64,000 nt of DNA from Syntrophales bacterium (GCA_963662405.2 CAXXKT010000001.1:2688001-2752000); one strand, 5' to 3'; counted from the first letter of the stretch, positions 1 to 10,407 are shown. Made by a program: numbers and translations. Notes: generated by a model not told the origin, from the sequence alone.

Positions 1-3000
1 ATCAGATAGAAGCAGGGGACCAGGAGGAGTGTTATCAGGGTCGCGAAGAGGACGCCGAAACCGAGCGATATGGCCATGGGGATCATAAACCGGGCCTGGC
101 GCGACGTCTCGAGCATGATGGGGGTCAGTCCGCCGAACGTCGTCAGTGAGGTCAGGAGGATCGGGCGAAAACGGCTGATCGCCGCGGCGTGGATTGCGTC
201 ATGCACCCCTTTCCCCCCTTCCCTCAACCGGTTGGCGAAGTTGATCAAGACGAGGGAATCATTGACGACAACCCCCGAGAGGGCCACGATTCCGAAGAGA
301 CTCATCACGCTGAGGCCGTACCCCATCAGGAGGTGGCCGAAGATCGCCCCGACGATCCCGAAGGGGACGCTTGCCATGATAATCAGCGGCTGGATGTAGC
401 TCTTGAATGGGATGGCCAGGAGGGCGTAAACGGCCAGCATGGCCAGCATCAGCCCCATGAAGAGACTCTTCATGCTGTCCGAGAGGTCAGCCTGGCGCCC
501 CTCGAATCCATAATTGAGTCCGGCGTATTTTTGTTGCAGCTCCGGCAGGGTTTCCGCCTTGAGTGTGGCGAGGATGCGGCTCGCCTCGCTGGGGGGATTG
601 ACATCCGCCGTGACCGTGATGACCCGCCGCCCGTCGCGCCGGCTTATCTCCGTGTAGGCGCGACCTCGCTTCATGTTGACCGCCTCACGGAGGGGGACCT
701 CCCGACCGGTCGGTGTCCGGAGCATCAGTTCTTCGAGGTTGTATTCCGAGGTGCGTTCATCTTCGGGGAGACGAACCATGACCGTGACTTCGTTACGCCC
801 CCGTTGCTGGCGCAGGACCTCGTTTCCGTAGAAGGAGTGACGAACCTGCCCCGCGACGTCACGCGCGGTCAGACCGAGCGCCCGTCCTTCGGGGCGAATT
901 GTAAAATCAATCTGCTCTTTTCCGGGAGCAAAACCATCATTGATATCCTTTACTTTCTGAAAATAGCTCAAGTTCTCCGCCAGCTCCGCCCCGGCGGTTT
1001 CCAGGACCCCGAGATCACGGTGACTGAGTTCGATGGACATGGCCGCCCGCGATCCGGGCCCCCCGGCGTCGGACTTAAATGTGAGGGTCTCCAGACCGGC
1101 GATCGTCCCCACCGCGCTTCGCCAGGCCCTGACAAAATCCCCCGTCTGCATGGGACGTTCATTGGCCGGGGTCAGATACACGCGTACCCGGCAGGTGTGA
1201 CTCCCGGCCGTTCCGTTGACCGTATGTCCGATATCGGAAAATATCCCCTTGACCAGCTGTTTCCCCCCGCTGGCGTCGGCAATTGCTCGTGCAGCCTCCA
1301 CCAGTGATGCCTGGACCGACTCGGTTTTTTCTATTGCCGATCCGTACGGGAGCGCAATCTCCACCTGGGCGAAGTCCGATTCGATCCGTTCCATCAGGGT
1401 GATCCCCATACGCCCGCTCTTGACGTAGACGAGGGTGACGATCAGGATCGCCATCCCGACGGCGACCGTCAGGTATCGCCAGTTGAGGGTTCGATCAAGA
1501 AAGGGACCGTATCGTTCTCTTACCAACCGGGTGAAGCGGTTGCTGAAGCGTTGTTGACTGTTGTGAAGCCAGGCCATGACCACCCGATCGGGTTTGTCGC
1601 TCCGGTGACTCAGGTGTGCCGGAAGGATAAAGAGACTCTCCACCAGGGAGATGGCAAAAACAGTGATCACGACGACCGGGATCGCCATGAACATCTTTCC
1701 GGATATCCCCGGCACGAAGAGGAGGGGGGTGAAGGTCACGATGTTGGTAAGGATGCTGAATGTAACCGGCATGGCCACCTCGCGCACCCCGGCGACCGCC
1801 GCTTTGCCGAAGGGATATCCGCGTTCGCGATAGGTATAGATATTCTCTCCTACCACGATGGCGTCATCGACCACGATCCCCAGCGCCACGATAAAGGCGA
1901 ACATGGACATCATGTTGATACTGATACCAAAACCGGGCAAAAAGAGGATCGAACCAAGAAAGGAGATGGGGATTCCCATGGTGACCCAGAAGGCCAGGCG
2001 TGCCTCCAGAAAGAGTCCCAGGAGGATCAGTACCAGGGCGAGCCCCATATAGCCGTTGTTGAGGAGCATCGTCAGCCGCTGACGATAGACGTCGGACATA
2101 TCACGGAGGATATCGATACTGATGCCGGGCGGGAGTGTTTTCTGCCATTCCTTCATGTGCCTCATAACGGCATCCGCCACCGACAGGGGCGTCTGGCCTC
2201 CCACCCGTGAGACGTCGATCATCAGGGCCGGTTGCCCGTTGAACCGGGCGTACCGGTCCGTATCTTCGAATCCGTCGATGATCGTGGCGATATCCTCCAA
2301 GAGCACGCGAGTGCCGTCGCTGGATGAGATAATGGGGATCCGGGCGAACTCCCTTCCATAATCGCGGCGTTCCCTCATCCTGACCAGGATCTCGCCACCG
2401 GTGGTCTTGATTCCGCCTCCCGGCAGTTCGACGGCCGCCTGTCGGACCTTTGTCGCCACATCGTCGAGTGTCAGGTTATAGGCGCGCAACTTGTCCTGCG
2501 GGACCTCGATGCTGATCTCAAAATCACGGGTTCCGCTCAGTTCCACCTGGGTGATCTCCGGGTCCTGGAGCAGGGTGTCACGCAGTATCTCGGCCTGTTC
2601 CCGGAGGACCCTTTCATCCCGGTCGCCATACAGGACCAGAGAGATAACGCCCCGGCGGTGCGAGGCGATCCCCACCTGCGGGTCTTCAGCCTCTTCGGGG
2701 AAGGATGAGATACGGTCCACCTCACTCTGGATATCACGGGCCAGTTTCTGGAGATTGTGCCCTTCGATCATCTCGACCTGAACGAACCCCGAACCTTCCT
2801 GGGCGCTCGATGTGATCTCCTGTATGCCGTCCAGACCCGAGACGGCCTCCTCCACGGCGAGGATGATCCCCTGTTCGACCTCTTCGGGGCTCGCCCCCGG
2901 GTAGGAGACGGTAATATTGACGAAGTCCAGCTCGAACTCGGGGAAGACCTCCTGCTTGATCTGCAGGGCCCAGATGAAGCCGCCGATCAGCAGGACGAGC

Positions 3001-3077
3001 ATCAACAGGTTGGCGGCAACGGAATTGCCCGCCATCCAGGCAAGGGGGCCTCTCTTTTCGGTGTTTATTTCTGCCAT
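1..3077 (-). CDS. RND efflux transporter permease, AcrB/AcrD/AcrF family (runs off the left edge)
   Basis: Not in the ORF track. Manual translation from ATG 3077 gives MAEINTEKRGPLAWMAGNSVAANLLMLVLLIGG...EVFPEFELDFVNITVSYPGASPEEVEQGI; the left end reads RFRPILLTSLTTFGGLTPIMLETSRQARFMIPMAISLGFGVLFAT. Lies downstream of MFP and OMF genes. Confidence 0.95.
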   Translation of the reverse strand, partial: MAEINTEKRGPLAWMAGNSVAANLLMLVLLIGGFIWALQIKQEVFPEFELDFVNITVSYPGASPEEVEQGIILAVEEAVSGLDGIQEITSSAQEGSGFVQVEMIEGHNLQKLARDIQSEVDRISSFPEEAEDPQVGIASHRRGVISLVLYGDRDERVLREQAEILRDTLLQDPEITQVELSGTRDFEISIEVPQDKLRAYNLTLDDVATKVRQAAVELPGGGIKTTGGEILVRMRERRDYGREFARIPIISSSDGTRVLLEDIATIIDGFEDTDRYARFNGQPALMIDVSRVGGQTPLSVADAVMRHMKEWQKTLPPGISIDILRDMSDVYRQRLTMLLNNGYMGLALVLILLGLFLEARLAFWVTMGIPISFLGSILFLPGFGISINMMSMFAFIVALGIVVDDAIVVGENIYTYRERGYPFGKAAVAGVREVAMPVTFSILTNIVTFTPLLFVPGISGKMFMAIPVVVITVFAISLVESLFILPAHLSHRSDKPDRVVMAWLHNSQQRFSNRFTRLVRERYGPFLDRTLNWRYLTVAVGMAILIVTLVYVKSGRMGITLMERIESDFAQVEIALPYGSAIEKTESVQASLVEAARAIADASGGKQLVKGIFSDIGHTVNGTAGSHTCRVRVYLTPANERPMQTGDFVRAWRSAVGTIAGLETLTFKSDAGGPGSRAAMSIELSHRDLGVLETAGAELAENLSYFQKVKDINDGFAPGKEQIDFTIRPEGRALGLTARDVAGQVRHSFYGNEVLRQQRGRNEVTVMVRLPEDERTSEYNLEELMLRTPTGREVPLREAVNMKRGRAYTEISRRDGRRVITVTADVNPPSEASRILATLKAETLPELQQKYAGLNYGFEGRQADLSDSMKSLFMGLMLAMLAVYALLAIPFKSYIQPLIIMASVPFGIVGAIFGHLLMGYGLSVMSLFGIVALSGVVVNDSLVLINFANRLREGGKGVHDAIHAAAISRFRPILLTSLTTFGGLTPIMLETSRQARFMIPMAISLGFGVLFATLITLLLVPCFYL

Positions 3078-3097
3078 AGTCTGCCGTTTCTTGGTGA

Positions 3098-4330
3098 TTA
3101 TTGATGCTTCGGGGAGGGCCCGGAGGCCCCGTCCGCCTGAGAGGCAGTGATGACCTTCATCCCCGGTGCGGGGGTCGAGAGATCGGTAATAACGATCCGT
3201 TCACCGTCCGCGATTCCTCCGTTCACGAGGACGATCTGTTCTTCGCGCCAGGCGATCTCCACTTTCCTGATATCGAGCGTTCCGTCATCGCTCATGATCC
3301 AGATCTGTTTGCCGTCCCGCAGGGCCGAGCGGGGGAGGGCGACGACACCATCCAGTTGGGGCCCTTCGATCTCGAGACGGACATATTCGCCGATCAGGAG
3401 GGGCGGGCGGGTGCTCTCCGGGTGTTCCAGGTCGAGCGGATCGTCAACCGTGATCAGGATACGGGCCATCCTCCCTTCCTCTTCGAGTTCTCCCAGCAGC
3501 TTGACGACGTTCCCGGTTCGCTCGTACCCGGCGCCGTTCCCGTAAAGGATACGAGCCTTTGACCCCTCCACCCCTTCGGCGCGGGGGATTGCAATCCACT
3601 TGAGGCGATCGACCGGGACCGACGCGCGCACCCGGTATTCATCCGTCCCCACCAGTTCGGCAAGGGCGTCCTGGGAAGAGACGCGGGATCCCAGATCTAC
3701 ATTCTTTGTCCGGACGATACAGTTAAAGGGCGCACGGACGACGGTACGGGAGAGGTCCAACTCGGCCTGTTTCAGAGCGGCTTCGGCCGCGTCAAGATCC
3801 GCGCGCGCCTTTTCGAGATGGGGTTTGCGCAGGGCCAGTTCGGAATCGAGGGATTCTGCGGATATCGTCCCCTGGAGAACCTCCCATTCCCGTTTGGCAA
3901 CGTCCTGCTGTCCCAGCTCCAGCTTGAGGGCGTATTCGGCGTTGACCACGGCGCTCCGTTGCTCGGCCAGGGCCAGACGGTAGTCCTGATCGTCAATCCT
4001 CAGGATATCTTCCCCCTCCTTCAGATGTCCCCCTTCCGTGAAGCGAGGGTTGATCCTTATAACATCACCGGTTACCCGGGATTTGAGGGTGATTTCCCGA
4101 TGGGGTATGACGCTCCCCATCGCCGTGACGATAACCTGGTGTGATGTGTGCTGAGCCGGGAGGACTTCCACCAGCGACACCTCCCGCACGGGGGGTGTTC
4201 GGTGCGCCTTGGGGGAGGTGCTGCCCAGATACAACGCGATGGCTACAGCGACGATAAGAACCGCGATAGGCAATGCAATCTTGAGTGTCTTTCGACCACT
4301 TGGCGTAATATCCTGTTTCTGTTCTTCCAT
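3098..4330 (-). CDS. RND efflux periplasmic adaptor (membrane fusion protein)
   Basis: N-terminal TM anchor, lipoyl half-motifs (SRVTGDVIRI...GG, VVRAPFNCIV) flanking a helical hairpin. ATG 4330 preferred over TTG 4336. Confidence 0.93.
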   Translation of the reverse strand: MEEQKQDITPSGRKTLKIALPIAVLIVAVAIALYLGSTSPKAHRTPPVREVSLVEVLPAQHTSHQVIVTAMGSVIPHREITLKSRVTGDVIRINPRFTEGGHLKEGEDILRIDDQDYRLALAEQRSAVVNAEYALKLELGQQDVAKREWEVLQGTISAESLDSELALRKPHLEKARADLDAAEAALKQAELDLSRTVVRAPFNCIVRTKNVDLGSRVSSQDALAELVGTDEYRVRASVPVDRLKWIAIPRAEGVEGSKARILYGNGAGYERTGNVVKLLGELEEEGRMARILITVDDPLDLEHPESTRPPLLIGEYVRLEIEGPQLDGVVALPRSALRDGKQIWIMSDDGTLDIRKVEIAWREEQIVLVNGGIADGERIVITDLSTPAPGMKVITASQADGASGPSPKHQ

Positions 4331-4336
4331 GGACAA

Positions 4337-5779
4337 TTATCCTTTACTCGTATTACCGGGAGTGAGCCCTCCGCCGGGAGTCATCTTGTCGGTCCATGTT
4401 CCCCCCAGGGCGCGGTACAGGGAGACCCGGGCGGTCAGCAGTTCCGCCTTCCGTTGAACCAAGTCGATTTCGAGCCCCTGCACGGTGAGGACCTGTGTCA
4501 AGACGGGAAGGTAGTTATCGATCCCCTTCAGGTACCGCTCACGGGCCTCGCCCAGAGCCCGGGTGGCGGCTTCCCGCTCGGCCTCCACGGCGTCGATATG
4601 CTCCCGGATCTTTTTTTCAGTGAGAAGCGCGTCTTCGACCTCCTTGATTGCCGTATAGACTATCAGACGGTAGGCGGAGAGATTCTCATCCACAACAGCC
4701 CGCCGGCGATCCACCTCCGCCGCTCGATATCCCCCGTCAATGAGAGGCCCCACCAGATTGGCAGCCAGATTGGCCAGCCAGTTATGGAAGAGCAGGTCGA
4801 TATCTGGAGCCTGATATGCCGCCGAGGCGCTCAGGCTGATGCGGGGAAGACGATTGGCCCGTGCCGCGGCGACCTGCCAGTCTGCGGAGCGAAGTTTCAA
4901 TCCCGCCGACCGCACATCCGGACGGGAGGCCAGAAGGTCTGCGGGGAGTCCGGTCCGCGGAATGCCTGGTGGTTCAGGCAGGGTGGATCTGTTGATCGCT
5001 ATCGGCGCACGGGGTGGTTTCCCCAGAAGGAGGGCAAGCTGGTACATCAGGAGCTGTTCCTGTTCCTCCACGAGAGGTACCTGTCCCTTTACCTTCTCGA
5101 CAATCTGCCGTTGCTGGTAGACATCGAGCGCGGTGGCCATCGATTTCCGGTACCGGAGCTCTATCAGTTCAAGGAAGGTTTTATTAATCTGCAGTTGCTC
5201 TTCCAGGATCTGTCTCTGTCTCCTCTGCGATATGATCCCGATCCAGTATTGAGCCACCTCGGCGGCGAGGGTCATGGCGGCCGTGTTGATGTCCTCACGG
5301 GTCGCGGTTGCGTCGAGAATTGTGGCCTCTCGTTCGGAACGGATTCGGCCCCAGAGATCCAGTTCGTACGTGCTTGACAGGCCGAGCGAGTAAGCTTCTG
5401 TGGATATCGTTTCCCGGCTGCCGGTACCGGTCTCAGATCGCCGGCGCGTAAAGGAAGCGCCCCCGGTCATCGACAGATCGGGATACAGCTCCGCACCTGC
5501 CTGGATGGCGAGGGCCTGTGCCTGTCTCAGGCGGGCCCATGCCTCTTTGATGGTGAAGCTACCCGACAGGGCCTCATCGATCAGGGTGTTCAACTCCCCG
5601 TCATTGAATTCTTCCCACCATTGCTCAGGTCGGTCCGCTCCGGAGGAGTACAGGGCGAAGGTCCGAGGAACCTCGCCTGCCGGAGACGTTCTGACAGGCG
5701 GCCTGAAGGGATTGCACGATGAGAGGAGAAAAGCCGCAGCGACGACCAACAACATTATGTTCAGATTCCGACGGTTCAT
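4337..5779 (-). CDS. Outer-membrane efflux lipoprotein, NodT/TolC family
   Basis: Lipobox LLSSC, WWEEFND, YELDLWGRIR, LLASRPDVRSA and LYRALGGTW motifs. Confidence 0.95.
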   Translation of the reverse strand: MNRRNLNIMLLVVAAAFLLSSCNPFRPPVRTSPAGEVPRTFALYSSGADRPEQWWEEFNDGELNTLIDEALSGSFTIKEAWARLRQAQALAIQAGAELYPDLSMTGGASFTRRRSETGTGSRETISTEAYSLGLSSTYELDLWGRIRSEREATILDATATREDINTAAMTLAAEVAQYWIGIISQRRQRQILEEQLQINKTFLELIELRYRKSMATALDVYQQRQIVEKVKGQVPLVEEQEQLLMYQLALLLGKPPRAPIAINRSTLPEPPGIPRTGLPADLLASRPDVRSAGLKLRSADWQVAAARANRLPRISLSASAAYQAPDIDLLFHNWLANLAANLVGPLIDGGYRAAEVDRRRAVVDENLSAYRLIVYTAIKEVEDALLTEKKIREHIDAVEAEREAATRALGEARERYLKGIDNYLPVLTQVLTVQGLEIDLVQRKAELLTARVSLYRALGGTWTDKMTPGGGLTPGNTSKG

Positions 5780-5823
5780 CCCCCATCCTTAATGCCCGGT
5801 TTTCTTACGTTGTGTTCTAATAC

Positions 5824-5851
5824 AGTCGTATCAATTCTACAAGTGGTTACA
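5824..5851 (-). promoter_or_regulatory. ECF sigma-type promoter for the efflux operon
   Basis: Minus strand reads TGTAACC-acttgtagaattgat-ACGACT; same boxes and 15-nt spacer as the divergent promoter at 5928-5955. Confidence 0.75.
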
Positions 5852-5927
5852 AAAAAGTTCTCCCATCAGAGAGTACGCGAAAAGCTACTATATAATCTCC
5901 TGAAATTATTGCAAGAGATCTTTTTGT

Positions 5928-5955
5928 TGTAACCGATTGGGCCAGGCGTACGACT
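5928..5955 (+). promoter_or_regulatory. ECF sigma-type promoter for the spy-sigma operon
   Basis: TGTAACC-gattgggccaggcgt-ACGACT; the AAC-containing -35 and CG-containing -10 resemble ECF promoters; an ECF sigma gene lies downstream. Confidence 0.75.
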
Positions 5956-6021
5956 TAGAGAGCAAAGGAAAAATTCCACAGATAAATCGTAGACAGACAA
6001 AAAAATGAATGGAGGAATACC

Positions 6022-6555
6022 ATGAAATCAACACGAAAAAGCATTGTCGTAACGGCAGTTGTCCTGGCGGTTGTATTTGCCTTTTCATCGGCTGCGATGG
6101 CCCGGGGATTCGGGATGGCCGGCGGAGGATATTGTGCCGGACCCGGACTTGGTGGTCCCGGAGGTATGGGACCGGGGGTTGGAATCCTGCAGGACCTCAA
6201 CCTCTCCGATGAGCAGCGGGATCAGGCCCTCGAGATAACGGAATCCCACCAGATCGGCATGATCAAGGCACGGGGGGATCTCATAAAGGCTCATGATGCC
6301 CTGGGAGACGCCCTCCACGGTGACCCGTTGAACGAGGAAATGGTTCGCCAAGCCTACGAGAAGCTGTCTTCCCTCAAAGAAGACCTCCTTGTTGCCAAAG
6401 CGAAAATGATGAGCGATCTGAAGGCGATCCTGACACCCGAGCAAGTTCAATTGCTGAATGAAAGAACGGCAGAACGATTCGACTGGAAACAACAGCGCCG
6501 CGGTCACGGGAAACCGTCTGCCGGCCGGTGGGGTGGTGATTGTCCCCGGCGGTAA
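6022..6555 (+). CDS. Spy/CpxP family periplasmic chaperone/sensor
   Basis: Signal peptide, Gly/Met-rich linker, LNLSDEQ and ILTPEQ (LTXXQ-type) motifs. Confidence 0.9.
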   Translation: MKSTRKSIVVTAVVLAVVFAFSSAAMARGFGMAGGGYCAGPGLGGPGGMGPGVGILQDLNLSDEQRDQALEITESHQIGMIKARGDLIKAHDALGDALHGDPLNEEMVRQAYEKLSSLKEDLLVAKAKMMSDLKAILTPEQVQLLNERTAERFDWKQQRRGHGKPSAGRWGGDCPRR

Positions 6556-6738
6556 GAATTCCCCGTTCATGGCGGGAACGGGTGGGTGTCATTTTTTTTC
6601 CTCTCATGCCCTCTCCGTTTCCCGCTTCGCGGGAATATTACGAACATCTGAGGCTTACGCTGATTATTATGCGTTGCATCCTGCCCCCCTTTTTGGTTAC
6701 TATGACGGCAGGTGGAACAGACCATACCGTGTGAATCC

Positions 6739-7341
6739 ATGCAGACTACATCCAGCAAACCCAGTGATCGCGAAATCATCCAACGGATTGCTGGCGGAGA
6801 CGCAGACGCGTTCGCACAGATACTGGCGCGGTACAAGGATCATGTAATGGGCATTGTAAGCAGGCACGTCCCCTTCGACCAGGTCGAAGAGATCGCCCAC
6901 GATACCTTCATCAGGGCGTATCAGTCGCTCGCGACCTTCAGGGGTGAGGATAACTTTCGTCACTGGATCGCTTCGATCACGGTACGGACCTGTTACGATT
7001 TCTGGCGGGAGCGCTACCGGTCGAAGGAAGTTGCCATGAGTTCATTGAATGAACAGCACCAGGAATGGCTGGAAAATGTCATATCGGACACGTCGGACGA
7101 GCAATTCGGTGCCAATGGATCGCGTAAGGAGGCCCGTGAGGTCCTGGACTGGGCGCTGGCGAAGCTCTCCGCCGCGGACCGAATGGTCCTGGAGTTGGTA
7201 TATCTTGAGGGGCTGTCGGTGCGCGAGGCCGCCGAGATGCTCGGCTGGACCGTGGCCAACGTTAAGGTCCGCTCGTTTCGATCCCGGAAAAAGCTCCAGA
7301 AAATCCTTTCCGGGCCGATTGGGGAAGGGGTGATACAATGA
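6739..7341 (+). CDS. ECF RNA polymerase sigma-70 factor
   Basis: Region 2 (EEIAHDTFIRAYQSL...FRHWIASI) and region 4 (LVYLEGLSVREAAEMLGWTVANVKVRSFRSR). Alternative GTG start at 6712. Confidence 0.95.
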   Translation: MQTTSSKPSDREIIQRIAGGDADAFAQILARYKDHVMGIVSRHVPFDQVEEIAHDTFIRAYQSLATFRGEDNFRHWIASITVRTCYDFWRERYRSKEVAMSSLNEQHQEWLENVISDTSDEQFGANGSRKEAREVLDWALAKLSAADRMVLELVYLEGLSVREAAEMLGWTVANVKVRSFRSRKKLQKILSGPIGEGVIQ

Positions 7342-7658
7342 AAGACAATATGACAAAGATCAGAGAAGCCCTCGCGGTGGCGTATCGGGAAAATGAACCG
7401 GTTTCTGCCGATGAGCTGTGGGAGACGCGTGTGATGGGGCATGTCCGGAGCCTCGGCGCGCCGGTATCGGTCTCCTCCGCAAGTTTCGCCGGGCTCTTCG
7501 GCCGGTTCGTATGGCGTTTCGCCCCGGTTGCCTGTATCCTGATTGTTGCCCTGACGATCGGGTTGGCCAACCTTGATTACACGCCTGAATATGAGATAAC
7601 CGCGTCGTTCATGGCCGATCCGATCGAGAGCGCGGTCGAGCAGGTCTGGGGGACATAA
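7338..7658 (+). CDS. Putative membrane-anchored anti-sigma factor
   Basis: ATGA overlap with the sigma gene; small protein with one TM segment. Confidence 0.65.
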   Translation: MKDNMTKIREALAVAYRENEPVSADELWETRVMGHVRSLGAPVSVSSASFAGLFGRFVWRFAPVACILIVALTIGLANLDYTPEYEITASFMADPIESAVEQVWGT

Positions 7659-7670
7659 GGAGAAGGGGAT

Positions 7671-8081
7671 ATGAATAACACAGTAAAGGTCACGATCGGT
7701 GTACTCCTCGTTTTTGTCCTCGGAATCCTTGCGGGAGCGTTCGGGATTCAGGCTTACTTAAAATACCGTACCTCACACTTTGTTCAGAGAGGCCCCGAAG
7801 CCCGGGCGGAGCGGTTCCTGGAGCATCTCTCGCGGGATCTCGATCTGACGGATGACCAGCGGGCCGAAATCGGCACGATCGTGAGAGAGTCGCACCGGAG
7901 ACTGGCCGAGATCAGCTGGCGGTGTCGCCCCGAAATACGGGGTATTATTGAGGGCGATTTCGAGAAGATCCGCCGGGTTCTCACGGATGATCAGCGCCGA
8001 AGGTTCGAGCGGTTCCAAATGCGGTTTTACCAGCGGGGGAAACACCGAATACTCGACCGTCCGCCCCCTCCCCGGAATTGA
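7671..8081 (+). CDS. Membrane-anchored periplasmic Spy/heavy-metal-sensor-like protein
   Basis: RBS aggag, N-terminal TM, LDLTDDQ and VLTDDQ motifs. Confidence 0.75.
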   Translation: MNNTVKVTIGVLLVFVLGILAGAFGIQAYLKYRTSHFVQRGPEARAERFLEHLSRDLDLTDDQRAEIGTIVRESHRRLAEISWRCRPEIRGIIEGDFEKIRRVLTDDQRRRFERFQMRFYQRGKHRILDRPPPPRN

Positions 8082-8974
8082 CCGGGCCGTGAGAGAGGGC
8101 GCCTCTCTCTCTTCCTGTGGCATATTGAGGGGCGGAGTGCTGAAAATCGGCGTACGGAGGCCCTCGGGTGCTCCGTGCTGTTTCGTATAATCCGTATCAG
8201 GTCGCTCACAGGACTATCCGATTCTGCTCCGGAATCAGAAAGACTGGCGCCCATTTCAAAGAGACCGGTTTGGGCGGACATGGTGTACCCTTCGGTCGTG
8301 GTTGTCCCTTCCAGATCCCTCTCGGGGAGGGGTGTCCCCAATGGTAACTGCGGCTTGATATCCGACACAACGAGGTGGTGAGCGTCCCCGATGATTTGTT
8401 CTGAATGAAGACGCGTCCCCCACGGAAATGACCCCGATCCGGCCATGAAAATCGGGAAATCGTACATCGCGGATGGCCGTCTACCGGACGTCACGCTCTT
8501 TGCCACTCCTTCGCTCTCTTACCGTAAAAACCAATCCACGGTCTTTCAAGGCCCGCTTCCGTATTTTCATTCGTTGCCCTTCTTCATCCTTGTTGTTTCA
8601 AGACGCCCATCTACCGAACATCCGGCATGAGGGGCGGCGGCTCGCCCTTGATGCCGTGATCCATGGATTATACGTCAATCACCCAGAACGATACCCCTTT
8701 TTCTCTTTTCGAAAAACAAGGTCTTTCGAATCGTGCCACAATTCCCCCGTCTTTCCAGTCGATCAAGGCATGCCGCGAGTGATTGATAAGTCGTTGCTCA
8801 ATCGCCAGCTCTCTCACGGTTGGTGGTCAAGGGGCATCCATGATATGGACCATGATATTCAAAAAGATACAGTGCCCCGGCCCCCCAAGGGCTACTGATC
8901 AATCATTTGGCAAAGAAAATAAAAATACAGCCAGGCCGCGCATCGTATAGTCTGAAATTACACTGACAATACCC

Positions 8975-9004
8975 TTGACACATAACTTGTCTCCTCTATA
9001 TACT
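8975..9004 (+). promoter_or_regulatory. Candidate sigma70 promoter for the 9184 gene
   Basis: TTGACA-N18-TATACT. Confidence 0.5.
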
Positions 9005-9183
9005 GCGACCAGGAAAAATGGTGGATGCACCGTATCGAAAGATGCGGAGGCCTGCCGATAATCGGATTGCAATCAGGTGGGACATTCTGAATAGGTGACG
9101 AGGAATCTTGTTGCTGTTCGCTATGGATCATTGCCGACCACATTACTCACATCTGTTTCGACTTCAGGAAGGGGGCCGCTGCC

Positions 9184-10407
9184 ATGAAAGAAAAGGTTTT
9201 CTCATGTTCCGTTATCTGTATCCTTACGGTGTTGTTTGTTGTGATGGGGGGCCATGCGTGGGCCGACGATGTCCGTTGGATGCAGGAAGGTGTCCGTGTA
9301 TGGTATCTGGGGGGCGTTGACGGTGAAGGCGCCACCTCCTCAAACGCCGAGGAGGCCTATACGCTGGGTGCCGTGGCGGGGGGCAACATCCCGGTGACCA
9401 AGCATGCCGCCTTGACCCATTGGACGTCTCCGCAGGCTCCCACCACGACGGCCTATCCCCGGGCCGGCATGGGCCCCTGCTGGATACACCCCTTGGTCCT
9501 GGATACCCTGGTAGCGGGAAATTACTGGATGGGCCAGGAGATCACGCTGGTGACGCGCTCGTCTTATACCTACGATACCTTTCCCTACAAGCTCCTTCCC
9601 ACTCAGGCCCTCTTCAACCTGAAATCACCGCGAGAGATCGTGAAACTCTCATACATGATTCCCGGTTCCAGCACGGGCAACGCCTATTTTGATTCGGAAA
9701 CGGGGCTTCTCCTCTACTATCATACCCTCTGGGGTTCCAATAAGATGTTCTTCATCCTGAGCGAGATCAACTACAACTTTGCCACGCGGAGGGCCTTCGC
9801 CGAGGACGACGGACCCCATACGGGGTTCAAATCGTTCACCAGCGAACAGTCGTCGGGTGGGTCTGTCGTCATTCAGTCCCTCGTGGAGACGCGCTACGGC
9901 AATATCATCGAGATGCGGGTCCTTGCGAGTACTTCAGGGATGTATGGCGGCACAGGGTCGGGCGATCTGAATTATTGTTACTTCGGCGATGTTCCCATCG
10001 TGCGATACAAGGACGCGACGGTGGCCCCCAGTTACCCGCCGGAGCAGTGGGACCCGTACGGCGAGTACCTCTGGTGGTGGATCCCCCCCGCCGCGCTGAC
10101 GAAGCCGTCCATTTCGGTCCTTGCCGTTCCTATGACTCCCGCTGGTTCCCCCAATCCCTTTACCGCCACCCAGAGCCCGTCGCGCCTCTACTTTTCCCAC
10201 CTCTGGTTCGGCGGCGACGGCTATATGACCCAGTTCTCCGCCGTAGACACAACGATTAGTCTTAATGTGGCTCCGGGACAGTACCTTTTTCAAAACGGCA
10301 CAACCGTGTACGGTCTCGCGTATTACCGGAATACCATGGGGCTGGCGATTCCAACAGCCGCAGTCACCGTTGCCCCTTCGATACTGGCACCACTCTTGTT
10401 CAAGTGA
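9184..10407 (+). CDS. Secreted hypothetical protein with C-terminal hydrophobic tail
   Basis: 407 aa ORF, signal peptide ending AWA, rich in aromatic and Ser/Thr residues, ends APSILAPLLFK. Confidence 0.85.
   Translation: MKEKVFSCSVICILTVLFVVMGGHAWADDVRWMQEGVRVWYLGGVDGEGATSSNAEEAYTLGAVAGGNIPVTKHAALTHWTSPQAPTTTAYPRAGMGPCWIHPLVLDTLVAGNYWMGQEITLVTRSSYTYDTFPYKLLPTQALFNLKSPREIVKLSYMIPGSSTGNAYFDSETGLLLYYHTLWGSNKMFFILSEINYNFATRRAFAEDDGPHTGFKSFTSEQSSGGSVVIQSLVETRYGNIIEMRVLASTSGMYGGTGSGDLNYCYFGDVPIVRYKDATVAPSYPPEQWDPYGEYLWWWIPPAALTKPSISVLAVPMTPAGSPNPFTATQSPSRLYFSHLWFGGDGYMTQFSAVDTTISLNVAPGQYLFQNGTTVYGLAYYRNTMGLAIPTAAVTVAPSILAPLLFK

Noticed and set aside
70..3150. Many plus-strand ORFs (189-1307, 1551-2210 and others)
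   Set aside because: Antisense shadows of the minus-strand RND permease, which the ORF track missed because it runs off the edge.
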